From a virus: a DNA stretch of 64,000 bases. Position 1 is the first letter of the stretch, and every line of letters begins with the position of its first letter. Below, piece by piece: positions 37,136 to 45,429 of the stretch. Under the pieces are notes generated by a model, which did no database searches, was not told the DNA's origin, and worked only from the letters and a program-made list of their open reading frames with translations. A program made the translations under genes and the position numbers. Location of the stretch: positions 32,001 through 96,000 of IMG/VR virus record IMGVR_UViG_3300010413_000018; one strand, given 5' to 3'.

Positions 37136-37996
37136 CTACACTCCTGTTAATTCTTCAGTCCAGTATATTGCTGGATTGGCTTTTACCATTTTTGTTCCAG
37201 TGCCAACTGTAGTGAGGTCGACTGAACCGCTACCTTCTTCTGCTTCTACCTCAAACGTGTCGGTTGTTGCTGAAGCAATCCAATACGGTGTGTCTTCGTC
37301 TAGTCCTTCAGGCACTGAGCTTTCATCATCGTAAGCATAGAAGTAAACAATATCACCGTCTGAGAATCCATGCGCAGTAATCGTAATGGCATTACCGCTT
37401 GTGTCGACTGATTCTATTGTTTGGTCAAAAACTACTGATTCAAAGTTTTCATAGTTGTAAGTTGTAGCGGGATAATTAAAGGCAGCCATGGTGGGTGAAA
37501 AACTAGCGCCTTTAATGTATGAGTTTTCGTTATCTTTCCATCCTGCTTCAAATGCGTCGTATGTCGATGATCCGAACAATGCGCTAGACAAGTCTGCTGC
37601 TTCAAAAGCAAATATAATGGTGCCCCAATCTGATTCAAAGTCTTCGAAGTCTTCGGAATTAAATTCAGCATACTCTATTGAATCCAGGTCAAACGATCCT
37701 TGCGGTAGCGCCCAGTTGTTTTCGTAATCTTCAAAAATTTGTTGGCTTGGCCCGATGTCAAAAATTGCAAATTCATCTACTGTTGGGTCTAACGTAAAAA
37801 TCATTTCTTGGGTGAGATCGGGCCAACCCGTTTCAAATGTTTCACGCGGGTAGCCTTCATCTCCTGGATCTCCTGAATCTGAAAAAGCAGCGTATTCTTC
37901 TTCAGTTCCGTATTCAGTGACAGTCCAGTCCGCAGGTCGGCCGGTCGGTGCCGGTGACGTGGCTGCTGTTTCAAAACTGTTGTTATCTACACTCAT
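37136..37996 (-). CDS. Acidic structural protein with FE..W repeats
   Basis: FETGW, YENNW, FESDW, FEAGW repeats; C-terminal TITAHGFSDGDIVYF domain. Confidence 0.6.
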   Translation of the reverse strand: MSVDNNSFETAATSPAPTGRPADWTVTEYGTEEEYAAFSDSGDPGDEGYPRETFETGWPDLTQEMIFTLDPTVDEFAIFDIGPSQQIFEDYENNWALPQGSFDLDSIEYAEFNSEDFEDFESDWGTIIFAFEAADLSSALFGSSTYDAFEAGWKDNENSYIKGASFSPTMAAFNYPATTYNYENFESVVFDQTIESVDTSGNAITITAHGFSDGDIVYFYAYDDESSVPEGLDEDTPYWIASATTDTFEVEAEEGSGSVDLTTVGTGTKMVKANPAIYWTEELTGV

Positions 37997-39486
37997 ACTA
38001 GGTCAAGGCCAGTTTCTGCGTTTAAAATAGTTACGGTTCCCAAAATGGGAAACTCGTACGGTTCTACACTTAAATCGCTGGATTCGTCGTTGATCGTCAA
38101 AGATCCAGGACTGTCATTTATTTTTCGCACACCTGTCGTATCTCGTATTACATTGTAAATGTTACTATAGGCTAGTTCGTTGTCAATTTTATACCCAAAG
38201 TCGATGTTTTCATTGGTGCTACCGTCGCTGTTTTCTAAGTCAAAAAACGCTGCTAAGTTGGCGCGGATGGCCGCGTCTACTGTGGCTGCTGACGCTCCAG
38301 ATGATAGGTATACTGATACTTGAATATTAACAGTAAGATATGTCGGATCTTCCATGTTCACAATAAATGTAAGCGTGCATGGATACGTTTCGGTTACTTG
38401 CGTTTCAACCGCATCTTTTAGTGTTTGCGTAGGAGTTCCACTACCAGTAGGTACTACGTATAGTTCACCTTGGTTTTCCGGTATGGTTTCTCTTTCATTA
38501 CTGGTTAACATTAGCGCGCGTGCAACTCCGGATACTTTCAGTGCGTTAATTTCGAAGTCTTCACGTGCTACAGTTCGGTTTAACGTACGAAGAGACAATG
38601 GGGCAAGTTCGCGAATGCTCTCTACTGTTTGGCGATTAGCACCTCCAGACGCCGCTGAAAGGTTTGTAACGGATACTTGGACAGTTGTGCCGAACGAGTC
38701 CGTATACGCGCTGTCAGCACGCACTATAGTGCCAGGATTTACGTTCCCGTCAGTGCCACCACCAGTTTTGTAAGTAAAATTAATAGTTCCTTGTGGTATT
38801 GCTCCATTGACGTCATTTCCAAAGCGAACCGTAGCACGATCATTTTCATCAACCACAACCGTAAAGTGGCGATCTGTAGATTCCGAATCCAAGAAATCAT
38901 CTACTTGAGTGTACGCACCATTATCTGCTGAGATTGTCATTGAATCATCAAGATATGGAGAATCATCTAGTTGATATTCTTGGTTGGCTAAACTGTTGGA
39001 CGCTACTGATTGTGACGACGGGGAGCTGTTTTCTACTTCAAAAATAATTGATGGTGGATTAGTGCCAGCTGGAATTGTTACTGTTGATAGTGCTTGAAAT
39101 ACCACTGGGTTGGAAATCTCTTGAGTGCGAAATGTATCGCCAGCGTTGATCGTTACGCTTCCTGTGGGAACTGCCCCAAGGGTTAGGGTTAGTTCGGCGG
39201 TAGCCGCTGATGCACCTTGCGGAGTGTAGTTTACAAGCTTGGCTAGACCAAGCATTGTCTTTCTAAGCTGAGCCGTTGAAATTCGCGATTCGCGAGATTG
39301 ATTATCTTGATAATAAAGCAGTACATCACTGGTAAAGGCAAACAGCTCTAGCAAAATGTTTCCAAAATTAGCTATGTTAAAATCGGTCCAATCTGGAAAC
39401 GCAGAGCGCACCAGATTAATTAATCTGGAACGTATACTATCGAAGTCTTTATCAGTGTAGTCGAGGTTTGTCGGTAGAATAGTCAT
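37993..39486 (-). CDS. Baseplate J-like / T4 gp6-like wedge protein
   Basis: DYTDKDFDSIR, PDWTD, VRFGNDVNGAIP, YKTGGG.DGNV, RTVAREDFE. Confidence 0.9.
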   Translation of the reverse strand: MTILPTNLDYTDKDFDSIRSRLINLVRSAFPDWTDFNIANFGNILLELFAFTSDVLLYYQDNQSRESRISTAQLRKTMLGLAKLVNYTPQGASAATAELTLTLGAVPTGSVTINAGDTFRTQEISNPVVFQALSTVTIPAGTNPPSIIFEVENSSPSSQSVASNSLANQEYQLDDSPYLDDSMTISADNGAYTQVDDFLDSESTDRHFTVVVDENDRATVRFGNDVNGAIPQGTINFTYKTGGGTDGNVNPGTIVRADSAYTDSFGTTVQVSVTNLSAASGGANRQTVESIRELAPLSLRTLNRTVAREDFEINALKVSGVARALMLTSNERETIPENQGELYVVPTGSGTPTQTLKDAVETQVTETYPCTLTFIVNMEDPTYLTVNIQVSVYLSSGASAATVDAAIRANLAAFFDLENSDGSTNENIDFGYKIDNELAYSNIYNVIRDTTGVRKINDSPGSLTINDESSDLSVEPYEFPILGTVTILNAETGLDLV

Positions 39487-39488
39487 AG

Positions 39489-40004
39489 TTACTCCAGTTC
39501 GACTACAGTGTCGAGATCAGAAACCAGCACTTGGTTACTGCTTGAATTTTCGTCAACTAGATCATAATAAATGCGCGCTGCAAGTATATTTTCTCCCCCT
39601 CCAGTGCTGGATTGACGAGCTAATCTAATTTTGGTTATTCGCACCCATGGCGCCCAGTTAGTTATTGCATCAATAATGTAGCGACGTGCAATTTCTAGCA
39701 TTGCTGGTGAGTTTAATTTATTGCGTAAACGGTAAACTTTTGAACCAAATTCAGTTCTCCATGGTAGCTCGCCACCAGCAAATTCACTGTCACAGCGAGT
39801 TCCTAGTATTTGGCCAATCGCGCTAGCTACCAGGCGTGCACCAGTTGCGCTTACCCAATCAATTTTTTGTTCGCGGCTTAAAGGTCGAATGATTGTTTTA
39901 CCAATAAACGTCCCAATATTAAATTGGGCAGATCCCGGATCATCCGGGTCGGTTACCGGTAATTGGGCAGTCATTGGGTCTTCTAACAAATCCCATTCAC
40001 TCAT
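39489..40004 (-). CDS. Baseplate wedge subunit gp25/gpW-like
   Basis: AIGQILGT...GELPWRTEFGS...AITNWAPWVRI. Confidence 0.8.
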   Translation of the reverse strand: MSEWDLLEDPMTAQLPVTDPDDPGSAQFNIGTFIGKTIIRPLSREQKIDWVSATGARLVASAIGQILGTRCDSEFAGGELPWRTEFGSKVYRLRNKLNSPAMLEIARRYIIDAITNWAPWVRITKIRLARQSSTGGGENILAARIYYDLVDENSSSNQVLVSDLDTVVELE

Positions 40005-40471
40005 GAAAAAGCTCCAGTAGTAACGTTTCCTGAAGTATCAACTACAGAAATATCAATTATTATTGGTGTGTTTAACCATCCTCCTGTACGTCGAATTACA
40101 AATCTATAACCGTCTGTGATTTCAACTCTAGATGAGCCGGCTAAAAATCTGGCTTGAAAATTATTGTCGCTCCACACGCATTCAGATGTACCGTCGTTGT
40201 ATCTAGCAATAATAAATACTGCGGCAATGCCTGTTTCATCAGTGACATCAAATTGCACTGGGTCAGTACGAGCTATATCAGTTCCTACAGCTGGGACGAA
40301 ATTATTAATAACTGGATCGGTTGAGTCTACGGGTGGAATATCAGGCGGTTCATAGACACCGAATGCGGCGTTTTCCGGTGCTTCGCGTGGTGGGTATACA
40401 GCGCGACTACCAGTGTATAATAAATCTGTCACTGGGTAGAGCACTGACGCTGAGCATTCGTAAGTAGCCAT
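40001..40471 (-). CDS. Structural protein with Ig-like domain
   Basis: DPVINNFVP...VQFDVTD...VVDTSGN. Confidence 0.5.
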   Translation of the reverse strand: MATYECSASVLYPVTDLLYTGSRAVYPPREAPENAAFGVYEPPDIPPVDSTDPVINNFVPAVGTDIARTDPVQFDVTDETGIAAVFIIARYNDGTSECVWSDNNFQARFLAGSSRVEITDGYRFVIRRTGGWLNTPIIIDISVVDTSGNVTTGAFS

Positions 40472-40474
40472 GGT

Positions 40475-41932
40475 TTATAATACTCGCCAAGTTCTAGTTG
40501 TTACGTTCACTCCCGGTGCGTCGCCTCCATCCCACGGAATAGCGAATTGCTGTCCGTCTATATCGGTAGTGCCAAAAAACGCAATGGTTTTTGCTGCGTT
40601 GGTGGTTTCCATCGGTAGGCCATAAACTAGGCTAAGTCTATCCGTTGGAACTTGCCCAATTAAACCAGTGTCGGATCCTTCACTTGCGATAATCACAATA
40701 GGTAGGCGGTCAAACTCTCCCCCCGATACCTGCATGTTTGGTTGCCAAGTTAAATTATGTAGTTCACCAAACCCTAGCATCGTAAATGTTTGCACTTTAT
40801 TTGCGGGAATGTTGCTTAAAAGACCACCTTCGTAGTATGAACTGGAATTGTAAGTACCTACAGCAGACCCTGCTGTTGTAAGCCCAACAACCGCGCTTGT
40901 TTTTTGCGCACATAGTAGATATGGATTTGTGATTGTCATCTCATTACGTGGTGTGTACACACCACCGAAGGTCATAAAATAATTTGACGGAGACCCTAAC
41001 GAACTGGTTTCAGAAGAAAAAATAACAAAAAAGTCTGCGTCACCAATGCACGTTACGCGATTATGGTCGTAATTCAGTGTATTAACCATAAGCATATTTT
41101 CTTTATTAGTAACACACGCTCCCGCTGAACCCATTGCTGTGTCCGAGCAACATCGATCAAGTACATGCAACGTTGACCCGCCGGCTGTCCACACAGTCGC
41201 CGCTTTTGTGTCGCTACCGTCATTGTTGGTTGTGCCAGCCCATGGGCTACCGCCGTCTTCGCGGAACGCCATTTGAATAGCAACGCCGTCGCCGCTTGTG
41301 GAATTATTGAACTTGGCGGGATTTCCCGGTGATGCGCCCCACGAGTCAGTGTAAGCCCATTGAAACATAACGTAAAGATCACTTGCTGACGCCAGCAACT
41401 TGTAAACGACAAATGCGTTTTCTCCGAATGGATTCGCGCCATCCATCCAATCGGTGCCAGTACCACTAGCACCATACTGCAGTGCAACACGCGCCGCGTT
41501 GCCAACCGTCACCATCCGCTCAAAAAACGTAAACATCACCTTAAATAGCGAAAACGCGCGTTGCTGATTGACGGTTTCGTAAACGTAGGCGTCGAGTATT
41601 CCGCAAAGTGTTCCTGACATAGCGTTTAGTAAAGCAACTGCAGATTGTTCACTTTGCTGATTAACGGCTTTATACCCTAGCTGGGCTACTTTCAGTTCTT
41701 GTGTAGATCGTTCTTCAGCGTTGGCAATTTGATTGGCTAGCGCGGTTAGCATTTCTTCAAGTTCGTGTATTTCAACTTTTTCTTGGGTTTCTTGCTTTGT
41801 GCGCAAGCGTGTTGCGATTTGATCTACAGTGTCAGCGCATCCTTTGTAGTAGGTCAGCTCACGTTGTTTTGCATTAATAATCAGCTCGAATGTAAGAGTT
41901 CCAGACGATAGTTTTGTTGGTTGATTTTTCAT
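40475..41932 (-). CDS. Structural protein: N-terminal coiled coil + Gly/Thr-rich beta domain
   Basis: 485-aa ORF in the baseplate cluster; sharp composition change near residue 105. Confidence 0.55.
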   Translation of the reverse strand: MKNQPTKLSSGTLTFELIINAKQRELTYYKGCADTVDQIATRLRTKQETQEKVEIHELEEMLTALANQIANAEERSTQELKVAQLGYKAVNQQSEQSAVALLNAMSGTLCGILDAYVYETVNQQRAFSLFKVMFTFFERMVTVGNAARVALQYGASGTGTDWMDGANPFGENAFVVYKLLASASDLYVMFQWAYTDSWGASPGNPAKFNNSTSGDGVAIQMAFREDGGSPWAGTTNNDGSDTKAATVWTAGGSTLHVLDRCCSDTAMGSAGACVTNKENMLMVNTLNYDHNRVTCIGDADFFVIFSSETSSLGSPSNYFMTFGGVYTPRNEMTITNPYLLCAQKTSAVVGLTTAGSAVGTYNSSSYYEGGLLSNIPANKVQTFTMLGFGELHNLTWQPNMQVSGGEFDRLPIVIIASEGSDTGLIGQVPTDRLSLVYGLPMETTNAAKTIAFFGTTDIDGQQFAIPWDGGDAPGVNVTTRTWRVL

Positions 41933-41948
41933 GTTTCCCTTTAGTTTA

Positions 41949-42659
41949 TCACACCGGTAAAGCGTTGCGAACTCCCTGCAAAAAATCCCTCACATCTTCA
42001 ATGGGTTCAATAGCCGCTGCCGGATCATCCCCTAAGCCACCTTCAAATGAAGGAATAGCTTCCATTCCTGCTAAGCTTCCCAATGAATTCACAACGGTTA
42101 TCAGCGGGTTTATAGAAGCAAAAAGCGCTTCTATGTTGCTTAATTGTGCAGTTACAGTACGCTCACCGCAATCAATAATAGTAGCCAATCCTGGTGCATT
42201 AATTGCTTGGGCGCGGGAAATTCTCGCCAACAAGTTAATTACTGCATTTAGTTCATTAATAATGGCGGTTAGTAAAAGAATGAGAGCATCCAAAAATCCA
42301 GCGATCATTAATGGAACCGACACTTGGGGTAAAAGCAGTAAAAGTTTTTCTACCTTTTCCACCAAATTAGGTATACATTCTGCTAGCTTAGTCGGGTCTG
42401 GTGGTGGCCCTAATGAATCCGGAATTGCTTGGACGCATTCGAGAACGGCGGCGATTGCTCCTATAATGTCAAAGATCGGTGAAAGTGGAGCCATTGCTGA
42501 GTTGGCCTGCCCGAGCAATGATCTAACCAGTTCCAGCACGCTAGGCGGAAACCCTTCAGTGTGTGAACAAACGGTTGCTCCGCCAGGAAATGTAATGCAG
42601 AGATCAAATTGTCCTTCCGGTATGGCGGAACAAAGTTCTTCGATGAGTGGCAGTCCCAT
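41949..42659 (-). CDS. Helical hypothetical protein downstream of the spike gene
   Basis: 236 aa, amphipathic/hydrophobic helices; TAATG coupling with the spike gene. Confidence 0.6.
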   Translation of the reverse strand: MGLPLIEELCSAIPEGQFDLCITFPGGATVCSHTEGFPPSVLELVRSLLGQANSAMAPLSPIFDIIGAIAAVLECVQAIPDSLGPPPDPTKLAECIPNLVEKVEKLLLLLPQVSVPLMIAGFLDALILLLTAIINELNAVINLLARISRAQAINAPGLATIIDCGERTVTAQLSNIEALFASINPLITVVNSLGSLAGMEAIPSFEGGLGDDPAAAIEPIEDVRDFLQGVRNALPV

Positions 42660-43264
42660 TAAATTGGATCCGTGGTTTCGCGGACTACGCGTCCGTTAAT
42701 GTTTACCTGAAGCGCGTCGATGCTGACTGCTCCAGTGCTCTCAATTCGTACCGCTACGGTTCCTTTAATTCTAACGCCGTGATTTACTCCGTCGATCTCA
42801 ATGATGTCTTCATCAGGCGAGTTTTTGTCTCTAATCGTGAGGCGTTCGTGGCCTTCGTTGTCGTCTATAACTATTTCGTATCCACGTGTTTCAATTGCAG
42901 TTACATTAGGGATTTCATTGGTATCGTATGTGGTGCCGTCTTCTGCCGTTAGCACTGATGATGGAAGTTCAGACTGTCCGCTAGGGCGCCCCCATGCTCC
43001 CGCTAAATATCGCGGATGGTCGACATCCCCCATTTTGAAAAATACAGCAACTTCGGCGCCTACTTCTGGAACAAAAAATAAACCTTTGGCAGCGCTGCCT
43101 GCTCCCGGCATTCCTATGGGAAGTGCCCATACTCCTGGATCGGCGATTAGTCCTGGCACGCGTATGCGCACACGACCAATTTTTTTAGGATCATTACGGT
43201 CAGTAACCACTCCGTCGTACACCGCGTAGTGTTGCGGGTCTGGAGAATTATCGAGCATAGTCAT
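42659..43264 (-). CDS. Baseplate central spike (gpV/gp5 OB-fold)
   Basis: GVVTDRNDPKKIGRVRIRVP...FFVPEVGAEVAVFFKMGDVDHPRYLAGAW. Confidence 0.9.
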   Translation of the reverse strand: MTMLDNSPDPQHYAVYDGVVTDRNDPKKIGRVRIRVPGLIADPGVWALPIGMPGAGSAAKGLFFVPEVGAEVAVFFKMGDVDHPRYLAGAWGRPSGQSELPSSVLTAEDGTTYDTNEIPNVTAIETRGYEIVIDDNEGHERLTIRDKNSPDEDIIEIDGVNHGVRIKGTVAVRIESTGAVSIDALQVNINGRVVRETTDPI

Positions 43265-44549
43265 CGCTCCGTGGTTTACGGCGTTTTTTATTATCTTGAA
43301 ATGACTTTACCGTCTTTCCAGTTTCAGGGTCGATCTTTTCAACTGTAGCTAAATCAGCAGGACCGTCAACTTTTTGCTTGTCGTCTTCTTCTTTTTTGGC
43401 GCGCTTACCGTTAGCCGATGGACCTACTTGAATTCCGGATAAGCCGCTTGCTCGCTTACTTTTAGTGGAGTGCCCTCCCGAGCCGTCTGATATGCCTTCA
43501 ATCAACATTGTGTAGCCAGTTGTGATGGTGTGCACTACTTTGCGAATATAATATTTTTGGCTTAAACGCTTGCCAACGTTTTCAAGTTTAAACACGCTTT
43601 TTGCAACTATTGACGGATCGCCTTCAACGGTTAGTTTAATTTTTACTGCAACTTGCTGCACTTTTCTAAAGCGACCGGCTGCTTGCCGTTTTGCCGCTGC
43701 GTCTGATTCTTCGGAACTAGCTTGAGTGGTTTCTTGGCCTACTTTCGATAAACCTAGACTTTTTCCCGTTTCCGGATCAATAAGTTCAACCAGCTCTGCT
43801 AGCACTCCGCGTTTGTTATCAGAATTGTTATCTGCTTCTTCATCAACGTCTTTTCTGTTTTCTGGGTCGCGCCCTTTTACTTTTACTTTTCCAGGTTTAG
43901 CAGTAACGTCGTTTTCTATTTCTATGTCAATGATTTCCCCTTGGCGTTCATTAATATTGTAGTAAACGTAAGTCTTAATCGCATCTTGAGCGACGTCGCG
44001 TTCGTGGAAGTGAAAACCATCCCAGTCAACGTACCATTCAAACGATTCTTTGTGAGCCAAGCGCCGTAAAAATTGTGCGTCGGTTAAGCCGGCTTGTGCG
44101 ATTGTTTCATACACTACTTCAGTGTCTTGAATATGCACCACATCTTCGCCGGAGTATCCGAGTTCTGCGGCTATTTCTTCAGCGACAGCGGATCTAGTTT
44201 TATTTTCAAAAATTCTGTTCTTCACAACTTTGTTGGCGAGTACTTCTTTTCCGTGTGCTTCGACCGACAACGTAAGAAATCCAGTTACTTTTACAATTTG
44301 AAGCGATCGTATCGGAGCCATTGCGTCGGGGTAACCCCACGAAACTTCGATCATGTTGCCTTTTTTCCAAACTGGGTCTTCGAAATTTGCTAAATCGCTG
44401 TTATCAATAGTAAGGCTTAACTTATCAGCTGCTCGTTCATTGTCTTCATAACTAAACGTCAACACTTGCCCGGTTAGATCGACGCGCTCATCGCCGCCTT
44501 CTTCTGGCTTAACACGAACAAAAAATACTGGCTCATAGCGTTCGGTCAT
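43248..44549 (-). CDS. Baseplate hub / late control protein D (gp27-like)
   Basis: ADKLSLTIDN, IEVSWGY, QAGLTDAQFLRRLA, GDPSI, YYIRKVVH. Confidence 0.85.
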   Translation of the reverse strand: MTERYEPVFFVRVKPEEGGDERVDLTGQVLTFSYEDNERAADKLSLTIDNSDLANFEDPVWKKGNMIEVSWGYPDAMAPIRSLQIVKVTGFLTLSVEAHGKEVLANKVVKNRIFENKTRSAVAEEIAAELGYSGEDVVHIQDTEVVYETIAQAGLTDAQFLRRLAHKESFEWYVDWDGFHFHERDVAQDAIKTYVYYNINERQGEIIDIEIENDVTAKPGKVKVKGRDPENRKDVDEEADNNSDNKRGVLAELVELIDPETGKSLGLSKVGQETTQASSEESDAAAKRQAAGRFRKVQQVAVKIKLTVEGDPSIVAKSVFKLENVGKRLSQKYYIRKVVHTITTGYTMLIEGISDGSGGHSTKSKRASGLSGIQVGPSANGKRAKKEEDDKQKVDGPADLATVEKIDPETGKTVKSFQDNKKRRKPRSDDYAR

Positions 44550-44890
44550 ACCTCTGTTTCTCTGCGCCTTTCTTCGTTGAATATGCGTTCAATTACGGTT
44601 CTTACCGATGGAATTACAATAGTTGTTCCTGCAGCTAATTGAATGGTTGGATCATGAATAGGAGTGGGTTGAAAGTCTGCTATCACCCACCATAAACCGG
44701 CCGGCCGATCAAGAGGCTGAAAATACTTTCCAGCTAAAGTGTATAATGTGTCTCCTTGTTGCACGACTACTTTACGATTATCGTTGAATGCTTTATAGCG
44801 GAACGGAATACGGTCTGTTAGATAACTGAGATCGTCGTCGTCAGTAGTACTCGTGGTAAACGTGTGCCGTGAAAATTGTTTTGGAGGCAT
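44546..44890 (-). CDS. LysM/gpX-like baseplate protein
   Basis: VVQQGDTLYTLAGKYF...WWVIADF...P...G..IVIP. Confidence 0.8.
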   Translation of the reverse strand: MPPKQFSRHTFTTSTTDDDDLSYLTDRIPFRYKAFNDNRKVVVQQGDTLYTLAGKYFQPLDRPAGLWWVIADFQPTPIHDPTIQLAAGTTIVIPSVRTVIERIFNEERRRETEV

Positions 44891-45429
44891 TAGGTACCCT
44901 CATCTTCAAGGCTCAATCCAGAGCCTAGTCGCAAAACGTTGTCTTCAGCAACTTCGTCAAAGTGTAAGCGCACGTCGCGGATTTCTTCAAGATTTATACT
45001 GCAATTAAACTGTGTGGATCGACCTTCGTGGTTGAACAGTTCATGGGTAATACTGGCGCTTCCCATTACGCACTTTAGCGAAAGCATTTTTGGCCAGTAC
45101 AGTAAAAGAGTAGGCGCTCCGCCTCCGACAATATCGTTACTGATACTACGCGGATAAGCCCACGATAGTATCTGACGCCGCGCATAATGAATCTTTTCAA
45201 GTTCATCGCGTGTCATTGCGCGAAAAAACAACTCTAAGCTTATTTTAAAATTGGAAGTGTGAATGAAGTGAAGCTTTTCATGCGATTGGCCAGGCATGGC
45301 TAAGCGTGCCCAGTTTACTTCTATCTGCTCTTGCAGCTTAGTCGGATTAAATTGCACTTCCAGTTCATCTCCGCTAATCAGGTTAGCCAAGATTAGCTTA
45401 GGAGGATTCTTTGTTACAGCATCCATCAT
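44890..45429 (-). CDS. Tail tube initiator (gpU/CIS-tube-like)
   Basis: VQFNPTKLQEQIEVNWARLAMPG...LHF...APTLLLYW...INLEE. Confidence 0.75.
   Translation of the reverse strand: MMDAVTKNPPKLILANLISGDELEVQFNPTKLQEQIEVNWARLAMPGQSHEKLHFIHTSNFKISLELFFRAMTRDELEKIHYARRQILSWAYPRSISNDIVGGGAPTLLLYWPKMLSLKCVMGSASITHELFNHEGRSTQFNCSINLEEIRDVRLHFDEVAEDNVLRLGSGLSLEDEGT

Noticed and set aside
41914-42699. 261-aa plus-strand ORF
   Set aside because: Fully antisense to the operon-coupled minus-strand ORF 41949-42659
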